A DNA stretch of 64,000 nt from Octopus vulgaris (Eukaryota), in assembly GCA_951406725.2 (NCBI GenBank), contig OX597827.1, positions 44,578,001 through 44,642,000 of the forward strand. Reading direction: 5' to 3'. Under the pieces are notes generated by a model that saw only the letters and a program-made list of their open reading frames with translations, had not been told where the DNA came from and ran no database searches. Every line of letters begins with the position of its first letter. The stretch's first letter is position 1. Of this stretch, positions 13,546 through 26,008 are shown piece after piece. The translations under genes and the position numbers were made by a program.

Positions 13546-14067
13546 GTATAATTTGTTACTTCAGTCATTGGAATGCAGCTATGCTGAGGTACCATCTTTA
13601 ACGATTTAATCAATTAAATTATTACCAGTACTAAATGTAAATCTGGTACTTGATTCATTGATCTCTTTTTGCCAAACCTCTAAGTTACAGAGACTTTAAG
13701 AAACCAACACCAGCAGTCAAGCAGTAGGAGACATAAAGACACACCCATATTGAATGAGATTCTGTAAAGTTTCCTTCATCCACAATCACTTACAAGGCAG
13801 TCAAACTATAATGGAAGGCACTTGCCCAAGATGCCACTTAGTGAGACTGAATCTAAAATCTTGTTGCTATGATGGAAACTCCTTGACACACAGTCTTGCA
13901 TACTTCTATATGAATATATTTTATCCCTTAGTCAGGAGAGAAGACAGTGCCCATGACCCTTAACATAGCTTCTGAAACTTGTGGAAGAAGAAGAAAGGTA
14001 TCCTTAAACTGCAAATCTAGCCTGAATGCTTGCAATCGTGGACTCCACTAAAGGCTACCAAAATACT

Positions 14068-14222
14068 ACATCATCATCATCATCAAACGAGTGTTTTCCA
14101 TGCTGGCATGGGTTGGACAATTTGACTGAAAACCAGTAAGCTGAGGAGCTGCACCTGGTTTGAGTTTGATTTGGCATGGTTTCTACAGCTGGATACATTT
14201 CCTAACACCAACCACTCCAAAA
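14068..14222 (-). mobile_element. RTE 3'-tail element (family C)
   Basis: (CAT)n then TTCCATGCTGGCATGGGTTGGAC...TTTCTACAGCTGGAT...CCAACCACTCC, the reverse complement of the RTE 3' end. Confidence 0.75.
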
Positions 14223-16737
14223 GTATCGGTGTTAAACTGGCAAATTTCTGTAAGCCACCCAAGTAGGCCTTGGTAAGACTTGAACTCAGAACATAGAACT
14301 GGAGCAAATATGACTAGTCGTCTGGCCCAAGATTCTTAAAGTTCTACCAATCCACCACTCTGGATTGGCACTTTTATTTTTCAACAACCATGGAAGAATA
14401 TAAGGCAAAGTTAACCTCTGAGATTTGAACTCAGACATCAGAGAATCAAAAAATATGTCACAAGGCATTCCATTCAACACACAAATGACTATTGATTCTT
14501 TACGTATCTATAAACAACATCACCAAAACTGTATTGCAAAGACTAGGATTTCTTTTTAATGCATGGATATACTTTAACCCCAATTAGGTGCTCAAGTTCA
14601 TATAACTCCTAAGTTAAGATTACTGCTCAAAATGTATGGGACAGTACTGTTGCTGCTGTGCACAGATATCTTAGACTACATCCAAAACAAGGTCGTAAGT
14701 CATTCATCAACACACAATCAGTGATTCACAAATACACAGTTTTCTCTTTCTTTGCCCTGTTCTGTTGCTATTATATGCCCTTTGCTGCACTGAGCCATCT
14801 AACTTAAATGAAATTATTCCTTTTCAGTGAGGCTTTACTCTCTTATTCTTTTGTTACCCTTATTGTGTTTTACCTCAATGACACCACCACATAAAACAGT
14901 TTCTCTAGCCCTTTCTCCCTGAACTGCAACCCTCTGAAAATGCTTCCTCTGCTCGTGCTTTCATCTACAGATGTTTAAATTGAACATCCTTTACATCAAC
15001 CTCACAATACAGCAGCCTTGTAGTAACACAGAGAAATGATGGGTATTCAAGGATGAGATGCAGTGGTGTAAATGCTTGCCAGAGCAGAGAGAGATGAGGA
15101 GGGACAGGGCCTCATGTACAAGCATAACCAAGGTGGTTCTAGGATATTATTTCCATGGTGATGGAGAGGTTTTCTCAGCCGAAATGATAAGCAATTTTCT
15201 GTGCTTCTTTCCCCTCATCTAAATGAGTGTAAATGTAAATATTAAAACAGCACCAAAATTTGTTCCAAATCACACCTTACTATGTTAATATAGGAAATAT
15301 ACACTGGATACTGTAAGCCTCTATACATATAAAAATGCATGGTAATTAATCATCATCATTGTTTTTTAACAGACAGAATTTGTTGAGGTAGACTTTCTAC
15401 AGCTGGATGCCATTCCTGTTGCCAACCCTTATATTTTAAGCAAAGTAATATTTCCCCATGTCAAGATAAGGTGATACAAACACACACATACACTAAGCTG
15501 AACACAATAGGCTACTTTCAGTTTCTGTCTACCAAATCCTCTTGCAAGGCTTTTGCTGGCTAAGGGCTATGATAGATGACACTCACCCAGGGCATCACAC
15601 AGTAGGACTGAACCTGGAACCATGTGGTTGGGGAGCAAACTTTTAATTACACATCCATGCCTGCACAGAACACAGGTTCTCCAAATGTAGGCAATTGCTA
15701 TGACATAATGTTGCTAATGGTTTTGATGTTGGTTGTTGTTCTTAGTTCTAATCAAGAAGACCTTGTAGATGTTGTTGCTGCTTCACACATCCAGAACAAA
15801 AGTACCTGTCTATTTGGAAAGGACTACCTGATCCTCCAAAATTACTATGACCTAATGTATTGATACCTTGTCCCCTGTCCCACACTCTTACTATTCTGTC
15901 ACTCCTGAAACAATCTCTGCTCCTCAGAACTAGCTAAATTCATATGCATCTTCTCAGCCTCTCCTGGAAGATCCACCTTTTATTTTCATCGCTTGTACTG
16001 TCTCATTCAGTTGCCTCTTTTTCCTGCACCAATCACTATACCAAGTCCTTCCATTCCAGACTGTACATGTTTTTCCTGCAGTTGTGGACTTACCATCAAT
16101 TCTAATGGTCTCACCAGCTTATAAAGCTTGAGGGTAAACCAATATGTCCAGCTGATTCATTCTTCAATGTTTGACATGGGGAAGAGGAGTTCTTCCAACT
16201 ACATAATAGTTTTATTATACAGGTTTACAATCTTCAATGTAATCTCAACCTACTAGAAATAAGTCAGACATCTCTCAAATCACACTCTAAATCATCATCA
16301 ACAATTAACATCTGTCTTACATGCTGGCATGGGTTGGATGGTTTGATAGGAGCTGGCAAGGCCAGGAGCCACACCAGGTTGCCATAGTCTGTTTTTGTAT
16401 AGTTTCTACTAATGGGTGCCTTTCTTAATGCCAACCACTTTACAGATGTACTGAGTGCTTTAATGCAGAGGGATACATTTGATAAATGGGATGGTCACAA
16501 CTGGAATGATTTTAAGTATAGGTTTACTCAGTCAGGCTGGACCTGAAGTTAATACTCATCATCATAAGCATGTAAATCCCAGTTTTGTTTTGTTATCCAA
16601 TGTGTCCTGTTTTTAAGATGGTAAAGTGTGATTTCAGTGGAATTTTATTACCAATTTCTTCCTAGTTTAGCAACTGCATCCAGGCTCCTTCATTGTTGGT
16701 ATTGAGTGGTAGCATGCCTCAGCTAAGAATCCATAAA

Positions 16738-17043
16738 AGTAAAGACCCCTTCGGTCATGAATGACCAGGGGATTGCACCTAGGAAGTTACCCTCTAAGGC
16801 ACAAGTTCAGGCAAGGATTTCACCCATACATACCAGCCTCCACTTTCCATGCCACTGATGTTGTCCAAGGAAAGGCAAAAGCCAATGCAGCTTGACACCA
16901 GTGATGTCACAACTCATTTCTACAGCTGAGTGAACTGGAGCAACATGAAGTAAAGTGTCTTGCTCAAGAACGCAACACACATCCCTGTCCAGGAATCGAA
17001 CACACTTTCATGATTGTGAACTTGATGCTCTAACCACTGAGCC
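16738..17043 (-). mobile_element. tRNA-derived SINE, family E
   Basis: Minus strand GGCTCAGTGGTTAGAGCATC...GTTCGATTCCTGG...CTTGAGCAAGACACTTTACTTCATGTTGCTCCAGTTCACTCAGCTG; same head as 54595-54890. Confidence 0.75.
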
Positions 17044-17174
17044 TTGAATCCATTCACAATCTATTACCCTGTGGCATTGGAATCAACTGGGAAAACCAGT
17101 TATGTCATTTGTGGTAGTTCAAATGTAATTCTGTCATGTGTATAGTTCAGGCTAAAAGCATAATCTATGATTAA

Positions 17175-17370
17175 CCCTTTAGCATTTAAACTGGCCATAT
17201 CCAACCCAAATGTTCCACCTATTTTATATTCAAACTGACCAGATCTAGCCTCTCATACCCATCCTACAATTTCATTCTGAAAGTAAACAATTGCATCACT
17301 GAGATCTTGAAGCTAGGAGATATTATGCATCATTAATTCAAAACAATGTGAATAAATAAACATTACATAA
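17175..17370. mobile_element. TTAA-type (piggyBac-like) MITE, right end lost
   Basis: TTAA then CCTTTTAGCATTTAAACTGGCCATATCC; body matches 50519-50739. Confidence 0.7.
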
Positions 17371-17458
17371 AATGAAACCGTATTAAATGGGAGGTATTAT
17401 AATATTATAGCAGCATAAATAGAGATAGGTGCTTTGTTAGCTATCTTTAACAGTGATA

Positions 17459-17854
17459 TACTCTTTTACTTGTTTCAGTCATTTGACTGTGGCCATGCTG
17501 GAGCACTGCCTTTAGTCAAGCAAATTGACCCGGGGACTTATTTTCTGTAAGCCTAGTACTTATTCCACCAGTCTCTTTTACCGAACCACTAAGTTACGGG
17601 GACATAAACACACCAGCATCGGTTGTCAAGCGATGTTGTGGGGGACAAACACACACACACACACACATATATATATACATATACATATATATGATGGGCT
17701 TTCAGTTTCCGTCTACCAAATCCACTCACAAGGCTTTGGTTGGCCTGAGGCTATAGTAGAAGACACTTGCCCAAAGTGCCACGCAGTGGAACTGAACCCG
17801 GAACCATATGGTTGGTAAGCAAGCTACTTACCACACAGCCACTCCTGCGCCTAT
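17459..17854 (-). mobile_element. tRNA-derived SINE, family A, full length
   Basis: Minus strand ATAGGCGCAGGAGTGGCTGTGTGGTAAG...CCGGGTTCAGTTCC head through the CAGTCAAATGACTGAAACAAGTAAAAGAG tail. Confidence 0.9.
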
Positions 17855-18218
17855 ACGAATACAAATGATGATGATTGGCATCACTGAAAGACTGATAAAT
17901 CCAGGAACTTACTGTTATGCTCACCAAGCACTTAATGATCTAAAGTTAAGATAAAATTAGGAAACAAGTTGAAGTAATTAAGATCTAATGTCATGAAATA
18001 ACGAAGCAAGTTAACCCTTTGCCTTTTATGGATCACATGTGATTCACAGGACAAAGCTGTATCAGAGATGAAGGTCCAAGTTTCTGTTCTTCCTCTCTCA
18101 TCAATTGCTTTTGAGAGAATGCATTTAACCCATTTGATACTGAACCGTTTGAAACTGCCATTAGTTCTTCTGTACAAATTCCATATTTTAAAGTGATCTA
18201 AGAATCAGAATTTTGTGT

Positions 18219-18812
18219 TACTCTTTTATTCTTTTATTTGTTTCAGTCATTTTGACTGCGGTCATGCTGGAGCACCACCTTTAGTCAAACAATAGTACTT
18301 ATTCTATCGGTCTCTTTTGCTGAACTGCAAAGTTACGGGGGACATAAGCATACCAACATCAGTTGTCAAGCAATGGTGGGGAGACAAACACACACACACA
18401 CATATATATATATGATGTTCTTCTTTCAATTTCTTATTTCTTTACTGCCCACAAGGGGCTACACACAGAGAGGACAAACAAGAACAGACAAACGGATTAA
18501 GTCAATTATATCAACCTCAGTGCGTAACTGGTACTTATTTAATCGACCCCGAAAGGATGAAAGGCAAAGTCAACCTTGGCAGAATTTGAACTTAGAATAT
18601 AGCAGTTAACGAAATACTGCTAAGCATTTCGCCCGGCATGCTATCGTTTCTGCCAGCTCACCGCCTTTCAGTTTCTGTCTACCAAATCCACTCACAAGGC
18701 TTTGGTCGGCCTGAGGCTATAGCAGAAGCCACTTGACCAAGGTGTCACGCAGTGTGACCAAACCCAGAATCACATGGTTGGTAAGCAAACTACTTACCAC
18801 ACAGCCACTCCT
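18219..18812 (-). mobile_element. Family A SINE with a family B SINE nested at 18434-18664
   Basis: Family A halves flank a complete family B copy. TSD CTTTCAATTTC (18423-18433) / CTTTCAGTTTC (18665-18675). Confidence 0.85.
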
Positions 18813-18841
18813 TCTAGTACCAACATAATAATTATTTTTAA

Positions 18842-19045
18842 TTTTTGACACAAGGCCAGCAGTTTTGGAGAAAGTGGGGAAGTGATTGCATCAATCCCAG
18901 TGCTCAACTGGTACTCATTTTTTTGACCCTGAAAGTAGGAAAATTGAAGTCGACCTTGGTAGAATTTGAACTGAATGTGAAATCAGAAGAAATGCGGCTT
19001 AGCACTTTGCCCAGCATGCTAACAATTCTGTCAGCTCACTGCCTT
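18842..19045 (-). mobile_element. tRNA-derived SINE, family B, CpG-decayed
   Basis: ACAAGGCCAGCAGTTTT...CCCAGTGCTCAACTGGTACT...GAATTTGAACT...TTCTGTCAGCTCACTGCC. Confidence 0.8.
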
Positions 19046-19124
19046 AAAACACCAACTTAATTATGACATAATTATTTTAATTAATTATTCATTGCTTTCA
19101 AAATTAACTGATACAAAGAAAGAA

Positions 19125-19686
19125 TTTCTTGTCTCAGTCATTTGACTGTGTCCATGCTGGAGCACTACCTTTAGTCAAACAAATCGATCCCAGGACTTAT
19201 TCTTTGTAAGCCTAGTACTTATTGTATCAGTCTCTTTTGCCAAACCGCTAAGTTATGGGGACATAAACACACAAGCATCAGTTGTCAAGTGATGGTGAGG
19301 GACAAACATAGATACACACACAAATATATATATATATACATAAATGGCGATGCCCCAGCATGGCCACAGCTCATAAGTTGAAACTAGAATCAATCAATCA
19401 ATCATAGGTTATGAGAGGTAATGGTGTCAGTGCAGTGAGACCCAAAGGTGTCAGGTAATGCTGAATAAGTGCTATGGGTAGAATAAGGGGTCCAACTTAG
19501 GTCATATATCAGTGTGTGTGTAAGGGGGTCGACAGGCTTCTTTCAGTTTCTGTCTACCAAATCCACTCACAAGGCTTTGGTCGGCCCAAGACTACAGTAG
19601 AAGACATTTACCCAAGGTTCCATGCAGTGAGACTGAACCTGGAACTATGTGCTTGGAAAGCATGCTTCTTACCACACAGCCACTCT
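19125..19686 (-). mobile_element. Family A SINE interrupted at its central microsatellite
   Basis: Tail half 19125-19340 and head half 19530-19686, with ~190 bp of foreign sequence including an (AATC)n-tailed fragment between them. Confidence 0.8.
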
Positions 19687-20679
19687 GACATAAAAGAGTG
19701 TTTGCCTTAAAACGTCTCCTCTCACAAAGCAATTCATGGTATCTGAATATCATGACTGGAACAGCTCCATTTCCTTTGCTGATACATTTTCAATAAACTG
19801 GTCCACAGTTTCCTTAACTTCAAGGCATTCACTATTAAGAATCCTTTTTAGTGTTACACATTCTACATTACAATCTTCGAGCTAGTTTTGATTGCGTTAC
19901 TCTGCCAAATCCAGCTGCTTTTCAATTCATCCACTCTTTCCATGACATTCTATTAAACACTACAAATCATTCACATTCACTTTCGTTGGCCAGTTCAGCC
20001 AATTTATTGATGATTGCACGGTCGAACAATGATGATGATGATGATGATTTCTTCAAACTCCAAGAAATCATTCTATGCAACTGATTATGACTTCTTTCAA
20101 ACTCTGTTTATACACTTACTTACTGTGTCCCAAATAGTCTCATATTAGCTTTAGCTTTCATCATATGGTAGTTTTTTTTTTTTGTTTCAAATCTCCCTGA
20201 TTGTTTATTTTAACCATCTGTTTCTTCAACAAATTATTTGAAAGTGTGATGAAAGCAGTAGACCTTGATATTAAAAATTACATCCTGATATGTGAGCTGA
20301 ATTAAGGAAGTGGTGTTTGATGGTAGGTGTACTACTTCTGTGAGAATCTAGGTCTGAAGGGTGTCGACATTCTGGGAGTAACCTGCAGTATTACCAATCA
20401 TCAGCAGTGCCTTCGGTTCAAGATTATATTCTTTTATCCTTTTACTTGTTTCAATCATTTGACTGTGGCCATCTGGAGCACTGCCTTTAGTCGAACAAAT
20501 TGCCCCCAGGACTTATTCTTTGTCAGCTTAGTGCTTATTCTATTGCTCTATTTTGCTGAACCGCTAAGTTACAGGGGATGTAAACACACCAACGTCGGTT
20601 GTCAAGTGATGGTGGGGGTATAAACACAGACACACAAACATGACGATGATGATATATGTGTGTGTGTGTGTGTGTACAC

Positions 20680-20710
<31 letters not shown>

Positions 20711-20799
20711 CAATGGGCTTCTCTCAGTTTCCATCTTTTTTTAAAACTCTAATACAAAATTATGGTAAGTTCTATTGTCACCCATTGCCTTTTCATTTG

Positions 20800-20902
20800 A
20801 TTTCCCCAAGACACTTGATGAAGGCTGGAGAGTATATCAGTCGAAACGTATTAACAACAAACAAGATGAGGACAAATATCCGTCAAATGTAAATATTGTA
20901 AA
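20800..20902 (+). mobile_element. 5'-truncated copy of the hammerhead-bearing element (degenerate ribozyme core)
   Basis: ATTTCCCCAAGACACTTGATGAAGGCTGGAGAGTATATCAGTCGAAACGTATTAACAAC...GATGAGGACAAATATCCGTCAAATGTAAAT aligns to 44497-44600. Confidence 0.8.
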
Positions 20903-21596
20903 GATTGTTTATTTTAACAAACATAAAACGTAGGCCAAGTGCACATCTTCTGATTCACTAGGTTGGTGAAAGAACCACTTCCTCTGTACATTTTTAGAAT
21001 ACTCAAAACAATTATTTTGTCTCCTCCTACATATGTATGCATCCATGTATTATTATATGTCTAGATCTGTTTATTGTTTTTCTTGACTATTTGTTAGCTT
21101 CTTTCAATTCCTTCATAATAAGGAAATTGCTTTTCTATTTATATAAATAAATATGTATGTTTTTTTTATTTTCATGTTGAGCTTTCAAAGATACTGATAA
21201 TAAGTTTGTAAACATTTAGTCATCTATGGTTAGTGAAGGAAAGGCTTAATTCATCTACCTTGCACTTCTTCTGATAACATCTATCATTTCCAGTCAGGAT
21301 ATATCCATAGGAGCCCTACTGGCCAGATTCTTACAACAAATTCCCTCAGCTCATATGACCACCATGTCCATATCGAGCAACAGCCTCTCAGCAAAAGAGT
21401 CCCATGCTAGTTAGCCTTCCACTCACATGACCTCCTTTGCTCCTCCTCCTCTCCTGTCAAAGCCCTTCAGCTGTTCATGTGACATCACTGACCCTATACT
21501 TCTGGCCCACCTCAGCCCATCATCCATTTTAGAAAAATGTTAAACCCTTCAACTGGAAAATTAAATTTTGTAGTTATTCCAATAAACGTGTTAAAT

Positions 21597-22176
21597 CATC
21601 ATCGTTATCATTTAATGTCCGTTGTCCATGCTGGCATGGGTTGGACAGTTTGGGCTGGCACGCTGGAGGGCTGCATCAAACTCCAGTCTGATTTGGTATG
21701 GTTTTCTACAGCTGGATGCCCTTCTTAACACCAACCACTCTGAGAGTGTTACGGATGTTTTACGTGCCACCAGCACGGGTGCCATTTGCGTGACACTGGT
21801 ATCTACTACGACTACCACTTTACTTACCTTGATGGGTCTTCTTCTCAAGCATAACATAATGCCAAAGGTCTTGCTTGTTGCCTCTGTAAGGCCCAACACT
21901 TGAAAGGAACTTGGCCACTTTGCCCCCACGGGGCCCAGTGCTCAAAAGGAACTCAGCCACCTTACCTCTATGAAGCCAACACTCGAAAGGAACTCAGCTA
22001 CTTGCCTCCATGAGGCCCAATGCTTGAAAGGAACTCAGCCACCTTACCTCTATGAAGCCAACACTCGAAAGGAACTCAGCTACTTGCCTCCATGAGGCCC
22101 AATGCTTGAAAGGAACTCAGCCACTTGTCTCCATGAGACCCAACACTCAAAAAGGAACTCAGCCACTATGCCTCTG
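21597..22176 (-). mobile_element. RTE 3'UTR fragment with ~41-bp minisatellite (about 7 units, 21890-22176)
   Basis: Reverse-complement RTE tail 21597-21850, then units like GCCCAACACTCGAAAGGAACTCAGCCACTTGCCTCCATGAG with an exact ~82-bp dimer repeat. Confidence 0.8.
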
Positions 22177-22247
22177 TTAATAAATATCTACCAAAAATTA
22201 GAACTGGTATTTTCTGCAAGTCATGTTGCCTTAATAATCTTGACTTA

Positions 22248-22648
22248 TCTTTTACTCGTTTCAGCCTTTGGACTGTGGCCATGCTGGAGCACCACTTTCA
22301 AAGGTTTTAGCTAAATGAGTCAACTCCAGTACTTTTTTTTTTTTGCAGTAAAAGTGACTGACACGATAAGCCTGGTACTTATTTTATTGGTCACTTTTAC
22401 TGAATTGCTAGGTTATAAGGATGTAAACAAACCAGCACTGGTTGTGAAGCAGTGATGTGGAACAGACAGACAGACACACACACACACAGATACAACAGGC
22501 TTCTTTCAGTTTCCATCTACCAAATCTACTCACAAGGCCTGGAGTCATAGTTGAAGACACTTGCCCATTGTGCCATGCAGTGGGACTGAACACTGAATCA
22601 TGTGGTTAGGAAACAAGCTTCTTACCACACACCCACATCTGCACTTAT
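22248..22648 (-). mobile_element. Family A SINE, older copy
   Basis: Alignment to the family consensus with CpG decay. Confidence 0.8.
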
Positions 22649-22851
22649 AGCCTTACCAGCAAAAAGTAGTTTTAAACATAACATTCCTCAGCAAAAAATA
22701 GGTGGCTTTATAAAAATGCTTATTGCAGTTAAGGGTAATTGAACTTCAAGATGATAAATCTTCTGTAGTAAAAGGGTTTAAATTATTATTATTATTTATT
22801 TATTTATTTATTTATTGCTTTGTATTTTGAAATTAATTCTGCTATTAATCC

Positions 22852-23226
22852 ATAGGCACAGGAGTGGCTGTGTGGTAAGTAGCTTGCTTACCAACCACAT
22901 GGTTCTGGGTTCAGTCCTACTGCATGGTACCTTGCGCAAGTGTCTTCTACTATAGCCTTGGGCCGACCAAAGCTTTGTGAGTGGATTTGGTAGACGGAAA
23001 CTGAAAGAAGTCTGTCACATATATATGTGTGTATATATGTGTATACACACATATATGTGTCTTTGTTTGTCCCCCAACATTGCTTGACAACCGATGGTGG
23101 TGTGTTTATGTCACCATAACTTAGCAGTTCGGCAAAAGAGACTGATAGAATAAGTACTAGGCTTCCAAACAATAAGTCCTGGGGTCGATCTGGCCGCAGT
23201 CAAATGACTGAAACAAGTAAAAGAGA
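22852..23226 (+). mobile_element. Family A SINE
   Basis: ATAGGCACAGGAGTGGCTGTGTGGTAAG head to GACTGAAACAAGTAAAAGAG tail, with a small deletion near the tail. Confidence 0.9.
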
Positions 23227-24327
23227 GATATGTGGCTTATATTCTTTTTTTTTTTTTCCATTTTATGTATTACCAGGTATGTTAAACGCAATGTCAGTTA
23301 ATTGGTAAATAGTAAGTTGCTAGACTACTTAAGTGTTCCACATAACCAACATGTAGACTGCTCTCTGATCACTTTGTAATTGTTTCAAATTGGTAATCTA
23401 CTTTTTATTACTAAGTCATTGTCCTACTGCTAAACAAGGAAATAGTTCAGTTAGCTAGCATTAATATATCTAATGCAGAGATCATTATTGTGTTAACTAG
23501 AAATAATTATGTTATGAGAACAAAAAAAAAAATTTGTCAATGGCATATATTATATTATTTCAGTAAGTATGGGAGACAACTCTGGACATGTTCAAGTATT
23601 ATTAAGACCTCGTCAATGAAGCATTGATTTCACTGCACTTGCTCTCTTCTCCAATTTTCTTGTCAGGATGGTCTTGAGCAGTGACTCATGGTGCATTGAA
23701 GGTCCAAAATATGATTGTTTTGAGGGCTTGATTCTCAACAATAAGTGACTTTGGACTTTTAGCTTTTCTATTACTGCAGCACTTGTTACTTTGTCTTTCC
23801 AGCTTATTCTGCCTGATCTTTGAAAGATTCACCTCTTTAAGGCTTCTTTCACCTCCATTGCCAAATGCATTATCCCAATTTCTTATTTCTTTATTGCCTA
23901 CAAGGAGCTAAACATAGAGGGGACAAACAAGGACAGACAAAGGGATTAAGTTGATTACATCAACCCCAGTACATAACCAAATGGATTTGGTAGACAGAAA
24001 CTGAAAGAAGCCTATTGTGTATATATATATATGTCTATGTTTTTACTCCGGAGGGGAACCTTTAAGGTGCATCCATGGTCATTCATGACCAACGGAGACA
24101 AGAGAGTTATGATGAGTTCAGTAAAAAATTAGATTCAGATGAATATGGTACTTAAGTTGAGGGACCAGAATTTAGTATGATATCCATCCCATGCAGCTGA
24201 AGATTGCTTTACAATTTAAATTGATGTAATGAAATGATTGCATTGTTCAATTAAATGGAGTCATATGAAACGATCATACTGCATTACCTCTGGATATCCT
24301 TGTTGTTCATTTTGGTTATATATATAT

Positions 24328-24550
24328 ACTCTTTACTCTTATACTTGTTTCAGTCATTTGACTGCGGCCGTGCTGGAGCACCGCCTTTAGTCAAGCAAAT
24401 CAACCCCGGGACTTATTCTTTGTAAGCCCAATACTTATTCTATCGGTCTCTTTTGCCGAACCACTAAGTGACGGGGATGTAAACACACCAGCATCGGTTG
24501 TCAAGCAATGCTAGGGGGACAAACACAGACACACAAACATATACACACAC

Positions 24551-24591
<41 letters not shown>

Positions 24592-24740
24592 TACGACAGG
24601 CTTCTTTCAGTTTCCGTATACCAAATCCACTCACAAGGCATTGGTCGGCCCGAGTCTATAGCAGAAGACACTTGCCCAAGATGCCGGAACCATGTGGTTG
24701 GTAAGCAAGCTACTTACCACACAGCCACTCCTGCGCCTAT
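24328..24740 (-). mobile_element. Family A SINE, young copy
   Basis: Near-consensus with many CpGs intact; flanked by (TA)n. Confidence 0.9.
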
Positions 24741-25641
24741 ATATATATATATATATTATATTTTATTTATTTATACATACACATGTATGTGTTCAGTTTT
24801 TTTTATTCTTTACTGCTTTTAGTCAGTGGATTATGGCTATGTTCAGGCATCAGTTTATTCCTAGATACACACAGTGGTAGTGGGTCATAGCTGGAATACT
24901 TTCGGTCAGGCTGACACCTATGACAATAACCCATGGCTTTTGCTACCTTATCCCTTCCACCAATAGTCTCCAAGCCCCTGAAATGTCATAGAATCTCCTC
25001 TGACAAAAACCCATTTAAAATTAAAATAATAAATAGCCGTTAACACACTTCAATTTTTGCCTTTACTGGCTCTACCACTGTTTCTCTTCAAATTCCAATG
25101 GTTATATTGGATTATCAGAAACATGTCTTTCTTCTATCCCACTCCTCTACATTTTCAATTCTTTAATGTATTTCCTTAAGGATTTCACCCTCAGTTCCTT
25201 TGCTCCCTTGCTCCCCACATCATCACTTTTCTGTTTCTCTTCTTAGGCTATTAAGCTTGCTCTTCTCTCACTACCTCTCTTTTTCTCTCTCATTAATGAC
25301 CTTCTCACATTCCATCTTGTCCTTACCCTTTCCAGTGACTGTTCTGACCCCCTTTTTAAACATTTGGCATGCCATTACACTTAACTTATATTGCCTCAAG
25401 TCTTTGAATTCTTCAAAGGTCTAATTCCTATGAGCTTAAATTTTTTTCCCATTTTTATTATTTTTTTTTATTAGTTTTCCATTCACTCAACAAATCTTTA
25501 TAGTACAATGTACACACAGTTTCTCAAATACATAGATGAACTATCTACTTCAATTTAAAATGATTTCTTTTTCTCTTTTTTTTTTATTAACCAATGAAAG
25601 ACAGCCTGTCATAAGCATTTTTTTTTCTTATGTGGAAAGAT

Positions 25642-26008
25642 GCAGGCATGGCTGTGTGGTTAAGAAGTTCCTCTTCATAATCACATGGTCCTTGGTTCAG
25701 TCCCATTGCCTAGCACCTCAGGCATGTGTCTTCAACTACAGCTCTATTTTATGAATAAAATTGGTAGATGAAAACTGTATGGAAGCCCGTTGTGTGTGTG
25801 CACGTGTGTGTGTATGTGTGTTTAAACCACTTGATAACCAGTGTTAGTTTGTTTACATCCTTGTAACTTAGCAGGTCAGCAAAAGTGTCTGACAGAATAG
25901 GTTATGTACTGGGCTTCAATAAATATGAACTGTAATTAATTTGTTCAACTAAATCATTGAAGACGATACCCCAGCATGGCCACAGTCCAGTGATTGAAAC
26001 AAATAAAA
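25642..26008 (+). mobile_element. Family A SINE, old subfamily
   Basis: GCAGGCATGGCTGTGTGGTTAAG...GGTTCAGTCCCA...CCCCAGCATGGCCACAGTCCAGTGATTGAAAC. Confidence 0.75.

Noticed and set aside
19710-20015. Minus-strand stretch with protein-like composition (LKRILNSECLEVKETVDQFIENV)
   Set aside because: Contains stops and no motif I can recognise; possibly an old transposon, but unsupported without a search.
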